Origin: a virus
Lineage: Duplodnaviria; Caudoviricetes
Virus record (IMG/VR): IMGVR_UViG_3300021399_000117
Span: 67,566 to 131,565 of that record
DNA length: 64,000 bases
Direction: 5' to 3' (one strand)
Shown here: positions 9,440 to 18,739 of the stretch, one piece after another
How the letters are laid out: each line of letters starts with the position of its first letter
Numbering within the stretch: position 1 is the first letter of the stretch
The notes under the pieces: generated by a model
What the model was told of the DNA's origin: nothing
Databases searched by the model: none
The model's input: the letters and a program-made list of their open reading frames with translations, nothing else
Translations under genes and position numbers: made by a program

Positions 9440-9993
9440 TGAGAAACCTTTACGAAAGCATATTAGATGACGAATTGGATGTCATGGCTAAAGGTGATAA
9501 GGGTGGAGAGCGTTTGCTTCATGCATATGACATGATGAAGATGTTGGTAGATCATCTGGATATCGTTCGCAAGGAGGGTGCTGATGACCCAACACAAACA
9601 TCATACAAGTGCCCACTGTACTTCAAATTCAGAAATGGATTGAATGATCCGTTCGGAACGGTTCGTAAGCGCCTCGCGGACTTCAAGAACGATATGAAGA
9701 AGTATCCTGAGTTCAAGATAAACATTCATACTACCAGCAAGAAGGAATCCATGACTACACCAGGTCAGAGACGGGAGTATGGCGTGGGTCTGATGTATAA
9801 TCTCATTAAGAGATACAATATCGCGATCGAAGAAGGCAAAAAGATGTTCGGTACTATCGATATCACAATCGAACAGTACGACTTCAACAAAGAACTACAC
9901 GCCTCTAAGATGAACATATATGTTATGGCAAGTGGGTTCGATTACAGAGACCTATACCGGGTTATACTAGACCAAATGGATAGCAAAAAATGA
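9439..9993 (+). CDS. Hypothetical protein with leader (MRNLYESILD)
   Basis: TAATG coupling at 9439; ESILD leader subtype. Confidence 0.75.
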   Translation: MRNLYESILDDELDVMAKGDKGGERLLHAYDMMKMLVDHLDIVRKEGADDPTQTSYKCPLYFKFRNGLNDPFGTVRKRLADFKNDMKKYPEFKINIHTTSKKESMTTPGQRREYGVGLMYNLIKRYNIAIEEGKKMFGTIDITIEQYDFNKELHASKMNIYVMASGFDYRDLYRVILDQMDSKK

Positions 9994-10002
9994 TATATCA
10001 AT

Positions 10003-10323
10003 ATGAAAGGACTTTCAGAGACACTTAAGGAATCACTCGAAGTGAATGAAGCCAAGCAGGTGCTTGCAAATACGATTCAGTGGGAGGCAGATAAGGATGC
10101 AGCATACACCACTCTCGACGCAGCTGACGGCATCAAGAAGTTCAAGCATGCATTCCTTTCTTATAACCAATACGAAGGTGCCATCTTCGTAGTTGCGTTC
10201 AATTCAATCGAGGCTTACCAAGAGCTACTCGACACGGATGATGATGAGTACTCAGAACTCCTCAGTATGAAACCACAGGATACTAAGGTAATCAATAACG
10301 TATCCTATATCTGTCTAAAATAA
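10003..10323 (+). CDS. Hypothetical protein with leader; paralog of 32706..33008
   Basis: MKGLSETLKESLEVNEA; shares AAYTT.D, FLSY.QY, VAFN, LLDTDDD.YS.LL.MKPQ with the paralog. Confidence 0.75.
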   Translation: MKGLSETLKESLEVNEAKQVLANTIQWEADKDAAYTTLDAADGIKKFKHAFLSYNQYEGAIFVVAFNSIEAYQELLDTDDDEYSELLSMKPQDTKVINNVSYICLK

Positions 10324-10331
10324 GGAAGAAC

Positions 10332-10499
10332 ATGGCATACAAGATTACTGACAATTGCGTAGCCTGTGGAACCTGCGCAGAGAATTGCCCGATGGGTGCT
10401 ATCGAAGAGAAGGAAGCTGGCAAGTACGTCATCGACCCTGAGATGTGCACCGAGTGCAGAACCTGCCTAGACGGTTGCCCTGCAAACGCAATCAAATAA
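10332..10499 (+). CDS. 2[4Fe-4S] ferredoxin (55 aa)
   Basis: Manually translated MAYKITDNCVACGTCAENCPMGAI...CTECRTCLDGCPANAIK; two CxxCxxCxxxCP motifs; below the ORF-track length cutoff. Confidence 0.92.
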   Translation: MAYKITDNCVACGTCAENCPMGAIEEKEAGKYVIDPEMCTECRTCLDGCPANAIK

Positions 10500-10534
10500 G
10501 GAGTCAATAAAGATTGGCTCCTTTTCTTATATAT
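10500..10534 (+). promoter_or_regulatory. Class A promoter-hairpin (may also terminate the upstream operon)
   Basis: GGAGTCAAT-aaag-ATTGGCTCC, T run, then TATAT; ATAAA spans the loop. Confidence 0.55.
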
Positions 10535-10560
10535 TATGATATACACAAAACTAATTAGAC

Positions 10561-11517
10561 ATGAACAAAGACGTAAAAGTATTAGACCTTACAAGAGGTT
10601 ACGACGAGAACTTCGTACCTTCTCAACAGTACCTCGACTCTATGCCGGACCTGCAGAACGGTGAGTATAGTGATATTCCGATTGATTTCGTGGGTATTCA
10701 AAACTTCCATTTGCCACTCAAGGTAATCCAAAAGGATGGTAACATTCAAGAGGTCAAAGCAAGCATCACTGGTACGGTATCTCTCGAGGCCGAGAAACGA
10801 GGAATCAACATGTCTCGTATCATTCGCACGTTCTATAAGTCCAAAGACGATGTATTCAGCTGTGATCATCTGGAGAATGTCCTTCGCGCGTACAAGAAAG
10901 ACTTAGATACTTTCGATGCACACATCCTTATGAACTTTAGCTATTATCTCTGGCAAGACGCACTTCGTTCAGTCAAGGAGGACGGTACGCCTGAGGGAGG
11001 CTACCAGTACTACAACATCACGTTCGATGTCAATCTCGATAAGTCCGGTGAGTTCAAGAAGATCATGTGGGTGGATTTTGTTTACAGTTCAGCATGTCCT
11101 TGCTCTACAGAACTTTCTCAACATGCAGCACTGGAGCGCGGTGTCTATGGTATTCCTCACAGTCAGCGTTCGATAGCTCGTATCGGAATGGAGTACACCG
11201 GGGATCTATGGATCGAAGATGTCATTGATGCATGTCGAGCCGCACTTACCACAGAGACATTGGTATTCTGCAAGCGCCAGGACGAACAAGCATTCGCGGA
11301 GAAGAATGGTGCGCAGACTAAGTTCGTTGAGGACGCTATTCGTTATTTGAAACACGAACTGGATAAAAACCCAGTTATTCGAGATTACAAAATCATATGT
11401 TCTCATCAAGAAAGCTTACATAGTCACAACGCCGTCGCTGTTACCACCAAGGGGTTGAAAAATTCAATCTTCAACCATCACGTAACATTAGGTGAATGGA
11501 ACAGTATGATGGTATGA
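10561..11517 (+). CDS. folE2: GTP cyclohydrolase IB (FolE2)
   Basis: PDLQ, IDFVGI, RGINMSRI, YSSACPCS, PHSQRS, KRQDEQAFAE, FVEDAIR, ESLHSHNA. Confidence 0.92.
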   Translation: MNKDVKVLDLTRGYDENFVPSQQYLDSMPDLQNGEYSDIPIDFVGIQNFHLPLKVIQKDGNIQEVKASITGTVSLEAEKRGINMSRIIRTFYKSKDDVFSCDHLENVLRAYKKDLDTFDAHILMNFSYYLWQDALRSVKEDGTPEGGYQYYNITFDVNLDKSGEFKKIMWVDFVYSSACPCSTELSQHAALERGVYGIPHSQRSIARIGMEYTGDLWIEDVIDACRAALTTETLVFCKRQDEQAFAEKNGAQTKFVEDAIRYLKHELDKNPVIRDYKIICSHQESLHSHNAVAVTTKGLKNSIFNHHVTLGEWNSMMV

Positions 11518-11541
11518 TTATTGTATAAAAAAACACAATCT

Positions 11542-12150
11542 ATGAAAAATTTAAGCGACTGCATTAAAGAATCGATCAACGAAAGTTCTAATAAAATGAC
11601 AGCCATTTGGTCCCACGAAGATCCGGATACTATATATTTTATCAAAAATATGTCCAGAGACCAATACAAGCGCCTTCGGAATACAGATTGGAACTGGGAC
11701 GACATTGATGTAAAAGAGCCTATCGCATTCTGCGGACACAATGACGAATCAATTCGAATAACTGGCGTTGCTGCATCTAATTTGGTTGGTCTCAAAAAAT
11801 TGATCTCCAAAGACATCGCACAAAACATTCAGGAGATGATCGATGCTGGAGAAGTGTACGATGAAGTTATATTCTATTCACTGGACGAGGACGAATGGAG
11901 CCTCAAAGATTTTCGCGATGCTAAAGAGGTTGAAGATCTTAAGAAGATCAACCCAGATCGTGCTGCTGAAAAATGGTTGAAAGGCCTAGAAGACACCGAG
12001 GTGGACGGAGATAGTTCACGCGCATACTATTTTGTAGATCTCAGAAAAGGTGAACAGATCGCTGGTAGCGAACATATAAGTGTTGTGTTTGCTGACCTTG
12101 AAGAAGATGAAGATATACGTCATAGCATCCTTGGGTATGACGAAGACTAA
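11542..12150 (+). CDS. Acidic hypothetical protein with leader (MKNLSDCIKESINES)
   Basis: ATG at 11542; TTATTGT variant motif at 11518-11524. Confidence 0.75.
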   Translation: MKNLSDCIKESINESSNKMTAIWSHEDPDTIYFIKNMSRDQYKRLRNTDWNWDDIDVKEPIAFCGHNDESIRITGVAASNLVGLKKLISKDIAQNIQEMIDAGEVYDEVIFYSLDEDEWSLKDFRDAKEVEDLKKINPDRAAEKWLKGLEDTEVDGDSSRAYYFVDLRKGEQIAGSEHISVVFADLEEDEDIRHSILGYDED

Positions 12151-12252
12151 TAAAAGTGAAACAGCATGATGATGTAAAATTCTTTCATAACTTTTTTCCT
12201 TTCGCAAAGACATCGGTTCGTGAGAATAGGTGTCTTTTTTTTTATGTCGGTC

Positions 12253-12279
12253 CTAAAATTCAAGAGTCTACTATTATAT
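12253..12279 (+). promoter_or_regulatory. Class A promoter
   Basis: CTAAA-N17-TATAT. Confidence 0.5.
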
Positions 12280-12297
12280 TATATACACAACAGTTCA

Positions 12298-12362
12298 TCC
12301 TGCGATATCGGGGTACGGCCGGACCCCTTGAGTGTTATAACAGACACGAAGATACGCCAGGA
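12298..12362 (+). ncRNA. Candidate structured 5' leader RNA (three-way junction)
   Basis: TCCTG/CAGGA closing stem, GGGGT/ACCCC and GTGTT/GACAC hairpins; GC-rich island in an AT-rich spacer. Confidence 0.4.
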
Positions 12363-12387
12363 AAGTTAAAAATAAACAAATTGACTT

Positions 12388-13149
12388 ATGACAAATGAAA
12401 ACATGACGGCTATCGCTGTCAACAAATCACTCTTGAAAGAGTATTTTTCTAATGGTGTTCGTACTGTATTCATGGACGATTGCACCGAGTTTCAAATCAA
12501 GCTTTTCAATCCCCTTACTACCAGAGTATCAGCCCGAATCGAAATTGATGGTGAGTCTTTAGGCAACGAACTTATCCTGCGTCCTGGTGAGACTGTATGG
12601 TTGGAGCGTTATTTCGACAAACCCAACAAGTTTAGATTCGAGACGTACACTGTCGAATCAGGCTCGGTCGCAGTAGAACGTGCTATTCGTAATAATGGCG
12701 TGATCACCATATCCTTCCACAAGGAAAGACCGGGTCAACAGCCGATTCAGATCCCGACGTACAAAGGCATAGAGCCTATGTACAGTAAGTGTTTCAAAAG
12801 TGTTCCGATTGAGCTCAATACCTTGTCTAGTAGTTACAACGTCAGCCCAATAGAGGCAGACTATAGTGTCGCAACTATGGATAGTTGTACGATGAGTACT
12901 TCCACAAACACTCAGCCTATCACGAAAGAAACAGGACGGGTATCAGAGGGCTCGTATTCTTCACAACAGTTCCAAACGGTTAATATGGATACCGAGATTG
13001 TTCCATTCAACATAGAAACAATCAAGATCCTACCTCGTTCACAAAAACCTTATACCAAAAACGACCTGGAGAAGGTTTACTGTACCAACTGTGGACGTAA
13101 GATTAAGCCTAAATTCAAGTACTGTCCGTTCTGTGGTGCAAAGCAATAA
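12388..13149 (+). CDS. Hypothetical protein with C-terminal zinc ribbon
   Basis: C-terminal YCTNCG...KYCPFCG; beta-rich N-terminal domain. Confidence 0.8.
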   Translation: MTNENMTAIAVNKSLLKEYFSNGVRTVFMDDCTEFQIKLFNPLTTRVSARIEIDGESLGNELILRPGETVWLERYFDKPNKFRFETYTVESGSVAVERAIRNNGVITISFHKERPGQQPIQIPTYKGIEPMYSKCFKSVPIELNTLSSSYNVSPIEADYSVATMDSCTMSTSTNTQPITKETGRVSEGSYSSQQFQTVNMDTEIVPFNIETIKILPRSQKPYTKNDLEKVYCTNCGRKIKPKFKYCPFCGAKQ

Positions 13150-13156
13150 AAAAATC

Positions 13157-13230
13157 AGAGGAGATCACTAACGAAGTCTTGAAAAACATCGGGATTTCAT
13201 TAAAGATTTCCTCTTTTTTCTTATATATAT
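13157..13230 (+). promoter_or_regulatory. Class A promoter-hairpin cassette (long form with 29-nt dyad insert)
   Basis: AGAGGAGATCAC-TAA-[cgaagtcttgaaaaacatcgggatttcat]-TAA-AGATTTCCTCT, T run, then TATATAT. Confidence 0.7.
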
Positions 13231-13252
13231 CTATACAAACACATTTACAACT

Positions 13253-13444
13253 ATGACAAAATTAAGACCAATGACTGTAACAGAGCTCTATGAGTTCGCA
13301 AAAGAGCACGGTTTCGAAGATGCGCAGATCTGGTTCCCATCAGGTACCAACGTGTTTTCCAGTACGAGCGATGCACGATTTGAAGTTCGGGCACGTATGG
13401 ATGAGGATGACGAAACACCGAAACGAATCTACCTCTTGGGGTGA
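13253..13444 (+). CDS. Small hypothetical protein
   Basis: 63 aa, directly behind a class A cassette. Confidence 0.6.
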   Translation: MTKLRPMTVTELYEFAKEHGFEDAQIWFPSGTNVFSSTSDARFEVRARMDEDDETPKRIYLLG

Positions 13445-13583
13445 CGAAGAACAGAAACAGATGGAGGACTTAAACTTCATCAAGAAGCTGATTTATGAAA
13501 TCACTTCTATAAAAAAACACGACATGGATAAGGTCGGTCAGAGTTCCCGCGGATTGGGCCTGTTTCAAGTCTGACGTGCATAT

Positions 13584-14036
13584 ATGAAAGTTGTAAAACC
13601 ACCTATCAAAAAAGTGTCTAAGGACCCTCTATATGAAGTAGAGTGTCCTGTCACCGTAGTCCCAGTACTCCAAGGATGCGGCGCCGTGCTGCAGTTCCAT
13701 AAAAGTGAAATTCAACACATAAATGATCAGCGGGACGGAGATGCTGATTATATCGTTTGCCCATGCTGTGGTCGTACTATATGGGATTCACCTGCTAGTC
13801 GATTTCGTAAAGTAGAAGAATCGGAAGAAGCCCACGAAGAACCTGAAGTAGAACATCCGAACTTCTATAAAGGAGATCTAGTAAAGATAATCGGCTCCTT
13901 CATGTCTCAAGGTAAGATTGGTTACATCACCCATATCAGTATGTGTGAAAATACATACTTTTTCGAAATCGCAGACAAAGATGATACGTCTGTGGTATAT
14001 CGAGTCTGGGGAGATGATGCTATCACCAAAATATAA
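13584..14036 (+). CDS. Zinc-ribbon plus KOW/SH3-like hypothetical protein
   Basis: ECP..GCG...CPCCG and FYKGDLVKIIG motifs. Confidence 0.65.
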   Translation: MKVVKPPIKKVSKDPLYEVECPVTVVPVLQGCGAVLQFHKSEIQHINDQRDGDADYIVCPCCGRTIWDSPASRFRKVEESEEAHEEPEVEHPNFYKGDLVKIIGSFMSQGKIGYITHISMCENTYFFEIADKDDTSVVYRVWGDDAITKI

Positions 14037-14054
14037 ATCATAGCCACTTCCTGT

Positions 14055-14061
14055 TTATTAT
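14055..14061 (+). promoter_or_regulatory. Class B promoter motif TTATTAT
   Basis: 7 nt upstream of the ATG at 14069; heads a three-gene operon of leader-bearing genes. Confidence 0.55.
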
Positions 14062-14068
14062 TTATATC

Positions 14069-15136
14069 ATGAAACAATTATCCACATATCTAATGGAGCA
14101 CGTCGCACCTATCTTTGAGGGTGGTGCCGGAGGTCATATGCTCCATCCATATCTCCTCAACTGGGTGAAGTCTGGTAAGGACCTCATCAAGTTCTATGAG
14201 TCGGTTGCCAAGAATATGGAGAACTTGAACGCCAGCATGAAGATTGATGGTGTCAATGTATCTATCCGTATGGTAGACGGTGAGTTCGTTTTCGACCGCA
14301 TGTCTCCAAAGGACATCGAAGGTATTAAGAAAGACCAACTCGCTGATCGATTTGGTGCAGGACATGGTCTTGTTAAGATGGGTGGTCTCGTACTCGATAT
14401 ATTCAACTCATGTATTGATTCATGTAAGTCCGAACTCAAACAGTTAGGTCTGTTAGATGACGAGACTATATTATTCAATATAGAGTATGTCGACAAAAAC
14501 ACCAACCTCATCTCCTACAGTAACAGCTTCCTAGCCATTCATGGCTTGCTCAAGTTCGAAGTGAACGGCAAAAACCGCACCACTCACGAAGTAAACTATG
14601 ACCAGAAGACATTGGATAATCTCATCGAAAAGCTCAACAAAGCATCAGCTAAATACGGCTTCGATGTAGTAGGCTCAGTTGGTATCGAAATCAAGCGTAA
14701 ACCTGATCTCAATAAGGTGCTCAAGGAGTCACTCACTATCAACGCATTTGGTGAGCCTGGTAGCAAAACAATCGAAGAGTGGTTGAATGACATCAACGAG
14801 TTCGATGTGACCAAATATGCTACTACGTTCAGCCTCGGTCGCATCAGTGTCATCTCACATAAAGCATACGTTGCTTGCACCAACGTTGATGTACCTCTCA
14901 ACAGTGTATTCAAGAAGGAACAAGACATACCTAACATCATCAACAGCTTCATCATCTACGAAGCCAACAGACGTTTCGGTGACGAGATACTTAGTTGTAT
15001 AGACAGCAAGATTGGTGCAGGTAATGATAATGAAGGTATCGTTGTTCGTAACAAGTCAATCACCAAGACAGATGCTCCAGTCAAGATTACCGGTAGCTTC
15101 TCTATCAATATAGCAAATTCACGTTTCGCAAAATGA
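14069..15136 (+). CDS. ATP-dependent ligase-fold protein (DUF6267-like) with leader
   Basis: GGAGGHMLHP start, motif I KIDG, FNIEYV, motif IV EGIVV, motif V KITG; leader MKQLSTYLME...PIFE. Confidence 0.6.
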   Translation: MKQLSTYLMEHVAPIFEGGAGGHMLHPYLLNWVKSGKDLIKFYESVAKNMENLNASMKIDGVNVSIRMVDGEFVFDRMSPKDIEGIKKDQLADRFGAGHGLVKMGGLVLDIFNSCIDSCKSELKQLGLLDDETILFNIEYVDKNTNLISYSNSFLAIHGLLKFEVNGKNRTTHEVNYDQKTLDNLIEKLNKASAKYGFDVVGSVGIEIKRKPDLNKVLKESLTINAFGEPGSKTIEEWLNDINEFDVTKYATTFSLGRISVISHKAYVACTNVDVPLNSVFKKEQDIPNIINSFIIYEANRRFGDEILSCIDSKIGAGNDNEGIVVRNKSITKTDAPVKITGSFSINIANSRFAK

Positions 15137-15978
15137 AAAGTCTATATCAATTCATACTCGAAGGGGGTCATGCAGTAACAGCATCACCAATCCCAGCAGA
15201 GATGTCCATGCCTATCTATAAGGAGATCGAGGCAAAGCTCTTGGAGACAGCACATACACTCCAAGGTCACATTGCTGTTCTAGGTTCAGTAGGCAAAAAG
15301 AAGAAAGGTGATTACAATGGGGATATCGATGTTGCTATCGAGTTCAACCGTCACCAATTCGAGGAGATACTTAAGAAGACCTTCCCGGATGCTGAATACG
15401 CGAAGGCTTCTATGCCGAATATCGTTTCTATCAACTACCCATACGATTACAAAGGTCGCACATCATATGCTCAGGTAGACTTTATGATAGTGGATGACTT
15501 GGAGTGGGCACTATTCGTATATAACTCTCCAGACTTCACAATCGATGAGTCACACTACAAGGCCGCTATCCGCAACCATCTGTTGAGTATAATGATATCC
15601 GAGGTGCCTACAGGTGAGGCAGATCAGGTCAACGATAAGGGCGAGGTAGAGACCCGTTGGAAACACTCACTGAACTTCGCATTCGGTGTGACCAAGCAGT
15701 TCCTCGATTACAGAGGACGTAATGGTTTGCTCAAGAACCCGAAGAAAGTCAAGGAGTTCGAGCAGGTAGTAACCAAGAACAAAAAGGAGTTCATCGAACT
15801 GCTATTTGATGGTGGTAAGGATGAGGACTTCAAGAGTCTCGAGACCCTTTGGAAGGCACTTCATACCAAATACAAATACCAGGATCGTATAGGTACTATC
15901 GAAGACCGCTTCTACGTTGAAGTACTCGAACGTAACGGTCTCGATCGCGATGAGTTCCTAAAATATATCAATCAGTAA
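15133..15978 (+). CDS. Pol-beta superfamily nucleotidyltransferase with leader
   Basis: LGSVGKK...GDIDVAI...QVDFM catalytic pattern; leader MKSLYQFILEGG. Confidence 0.8.
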   Translation: MKSLYQFILEGGHAVTASPIPAEMSMPIYKEIEAKLLETAHTLQGHIAVLGSVGKKKKGDYNGDIDVAIEFNRHQFEEILKKTFPDAEYAKASMPNIVSINYPYDYKGRTSYAQVDFMIVDDLEWALFVYNSPDFTIDESHYKAAIRNHLLSIMISEVPTGEADQVNDKGEVETRWKHSLNFAFGVTKQFLDYRGRNGLLKNPKKVKEFEQVVTKNKKEFIELLFDGGKDEDFKSLETLWKALHTKYKYQDRIGTIEDRFYVEVLERNGLDRDEFLKYINQ

Positions 15979-17525
15979 TGCAAAGTCTATCAAACTACTT
16001 AATAGAAAATCTGCATCCTATATTCGAGCGCGGACGTAGCAATGCTTCCAAAGAGACCATGATTCAGGAGCTGATGACCTGCGTGTTCTTCGATGCATAC
16101 TTCAATCAGAATGAGAACTTCTCGAAGGTTGAGGATATCATCGAATACTACAACAAGGTCAAGGATTCTGTGATAACCAAACTCTGTGTGAGTGGTCTCA
16201 AGATTAAGGACTTCGATGAGTTCTTATTGGAGACAGAGCTAAAGGGTCGTGGTAATAATAAGGAAGAGCGCTATACCAAGAAGGCGTTGGATTGGCAAAA
16301 GTCATTCCTATATCAATGCGAATCCTTTGATAACTGGTTGAAGGACCACAAATCATTCCCAGCAAAGAACCTGGTATTCCTCCATCACGACACTTCACTA
16401 GGTGTACGTAATGGTCAAGTATCTTCGGGATGGTCACTAGCGGATCGTGTTGATAAGGGTGTGTCAAAGGCAGGTTATTCACGCAAAGACGATTACCAAA
16501 AGGCTGACATTTATGCACTCACTCAAAATGTTGCAGATAAACCTATGGATGATCTTGCTCAGGAATTGTTATACTGGCAACAGGCTATCGATGGTTCAAC
16601 AACTCCGTTTGTAGGCATATCACTAAAACAATTGATAAAGCCATTATCACATATCCACACCTATAATATGGATAAACTATCCATTTCGATAGACGAAAAA
16701 ACTATCAAATTATACCTTCCTGTATTTGATGGTGTGCAGTTTACGAAGATCGATCAACCACTCAAGACGGGTGGCACATCTGCCAAATTTTCATTTGACG
16801 CTACCCTGGGTGACGATACTATGAATTTTATATTGGATATTCGAACAGCATCATCCAGTGCAAGAAGTCGATTGTTCAATAGTGAAAAGAAAGATAACAA
16901 AAACGCTTACGACTGCTTCAATGTCACTGTTGGAACTCAGTTGAATTCAGCCAAAGTCGGTGGTCAATTAGGTCGAGCACAAGACTTGCTGCAAAAATGG
17001 GCGAAAGAAACACACACCGAATATACTGGGGCCGTCAAATACAATCGTACAGCCAAAGAAAGTGTGTGGGCTGACGCAATGACATTCAATAAGCGCTTGC
17101 AAGACATTACCGCGCCTATGATGAAGTACCACATCAATGGTGATGTACCTAAAATATCTGGTGGTGCAGCTGCGTTGATTGATTGGGTGGCAGTCAATGC
17201 TGATGTGATTTTCGATATGTTCACTGATTACAACAATGCTGAAGGTAAAACAAGTGCACGAGGTTGGAATGAGGTATTGATTCCATATGGGGAGAAATTA
17301 GGGTTTGATATAAACGAATCCAATTACGAAGAGATACTCATTAACATATTTGAAGCGGTCAAATGGAAATCTGCATCATGGAATATATTGTCCATATTGC
17401 GAGTGCTGTTTGCCAAGATGAAAAATGCTGATGCATCAACCGTATTAAGTCAGATAGCTATGTTTGCCAAAGGCATCAGTTTCGATTCTGACAAAGTCCA
17501 TCTACCTTATGTGATGATAGGATAA
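15978..17525 (+). CDS. PD-(D/E)XK-like nuclease-domain protein with leader
   Basis: IQE, KADIYA...FVGISLK pattern typical of restriction-endonuclease-like folds; leader MQSLSNYLIE...PIFE. Confidence 0.5.
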   Translation: MQSLSNYLIENLHPIFERGRSNASKETMIQELMTCVFFDAYFNQNENFSKVEDIIEYYNKVKDSVITKLCVSGLKIKDFDEFLLETELKGRGNNKEERYTKKALDWQKSFLYQCESFDNWLKDHKSFPAKNLVFLHHDTSLGVRNGQVSSGWSLADRVDKGVSKAGYSRKDDYQKADIYALTQNVADKPMDDLAQELLYWQQAIDGSTTPFVGISLKQLIKPLSHIHTYNMDKLSISIDEKTIKLYLPVFDGVQFTKIDQPLKTGGTSAKFSFDATLGDDTMNFILDIRTASSSARSRLFNSEKKDNKNAYDCFNVTVGTQLNSAKVGGQLGRAQDLLQKWAKETHTEYTGAVKYNRTAKESVWADAMTFNKRLQDITAPMMKYHINGDVPKISGGAAALIDWVAVNADVIFDMFTDYNNAEGKTSARGWNEVLIPYGEKLGFDINESNYEEILINIFEAVKWKSASWNILSILRVLFAKMKNADASTVLSQIAMFAKGISFDSDKVHLPYVMIG

Positions 17526-17595
17526 CATAGGTAAAGATAGAAACGGAAAAGTGGTGTGTTTCGATTGGTTCAATCCATATTACTTCTAAAAAATC

Positions 17596-17638
17596 AGAGG
17601 AAATCACTAAAAGATTTCCTCTTTTTTCTTATATATAT
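17596..17638 (+). promoter_or_regulatory. Class A promoter-hairpin cassette (short form)
   Basis: AGAGGAAATC-actaaaa-GATTTCCTCT, T run, then TATATAT. Confidence 0.7.
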
Positions 17639-17659
17639 ACAACACAGAAATTAAAGTAT

Positions 17660-18712
17660 ATGTCAATACTGGATTTAGACAACGAGCAAACATTAGACAT
17701 CAGTACACAACGATTAGGAATCAATGCTGATTCGAATGCACGCCAAGGTGAACTGTTTGACACATATACATGTACAGCACTCCGTAATAGTCCTGTGTCT
17801 TATCATCGCGAACATATTTCCGATTATTTATTGACAATAGATGAGAACGGGACTTTAACAACCATCGACACAATCCATATCAAAGATGACAAGCCTAGTT
17901 TGTATCCATTATTTGAAAACGGCGTCATCAATCGTATCCAAGCGCCATATTTTGAGGTTGAACATGTTACACACCTATCTAATAAACATGTAGGCAGTGG
18001 AGTTATCTGTGGGGAATTTTTAGGAATGGGCCTGGATACCGTATCTGGTGTACACATCGATATATATCACACGTTTGATGGCACGATGGTATATCATAAT
18101 GACCCAGTCAATAGGAAGAAAATATACAATGGTGTCACATTCCAATACGCGGATCGTTTGGGTGATAGCATAAAGTTCGAAGACACGGAAATAAATTTCG
18201 ATCCTATGGTGGAGTACGACAAACGATTCATTAGATTTTCGTGTCACAGTCAACAACCCAGTAGTCTGAAGGGTCTTCGTTCCAATTGCAAAAAGATTAT
18301 AATATATACACTGGATGATTTTCCTAGTGAACTCTGGAGTCTCTTTGAACCACATGATTGTCTGATATTGGATCAGGATAAAGGTCATTCAGTATCTATC
18401 CCTATCAAGACTATGAAGAAGGCTATCGCGATTGCTAATAATCCTAAACGATATTGCTTGCGCGAACATATTCTTAAATTGAAACCGGGTGCATGCCTGG
18501 CAGATATTCTACCCGTTGAGAACTTTCCCGAACTGGAATGGTTCATTGTCGAAAACAACAACGTGCGACTTACATTTGTGAACTCGGCATTCAAAGAAAA
18601 CTTCGAAGTCAACTGCGCACGTGTTCCTCCTGAGAAGTCAATGGGTCCCGCACGTTGGTGCTATCCTAAAACTGCAGATGGTTGGTACGTGGTTATGTCA
18701 AATAAATTATAA
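17660..18712 (+). CDS. Hypothetical protein (N-terminus MSILD)
   Basis: 350-aa ORF behind a class A cassette. Confidence 0.75.
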   Translation: MSILDLDNEQTLDISTQRLGINADSNARQGELFDTYTCTALRNSPVSYHREHISDYLLTIDENGTLTTIDTIHIKDDKPSLYPLFENGVINRIQAPYFEVEHVTHLSNKHVGSGVICGEFLGMGLDTVSGVHIDIYHTFDGTMVYHNDPVNRKKIYNGVTFQYADRLGDSIKFEDTEINFDPMVEYDKRFIRFSCHSQQPSSLKGLRSNCKKIIIYTLDDFPSELWSLFEPHDCLILDQDKGHSVSIPIKTMKKAIAIANNPKRYCLREHILKLKPGACLADILPVENFPELEWFIVENNNVRLTFVNSAFKENFEVNCARVPPEKSMGPARWCYPKTADGWYVVMSNKL

Positions 18713-18739
18713 ATCGATATAAAGCGCGATTATTTCGAG

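Noticed and set aside
13290-13574. 94-aa ORF overlapping 13253..13444
   Set aside because: It mostly overlaps a better-supported gene; at most a short remnant after 13445, with no recognisable motif.
17526-17595. Possible tRNA (GGTTCAATCC resembles a T-loop)
   Set aside because: No cloverleaf or acceptor stem can be built; no tRNA genes were recognised in this window.
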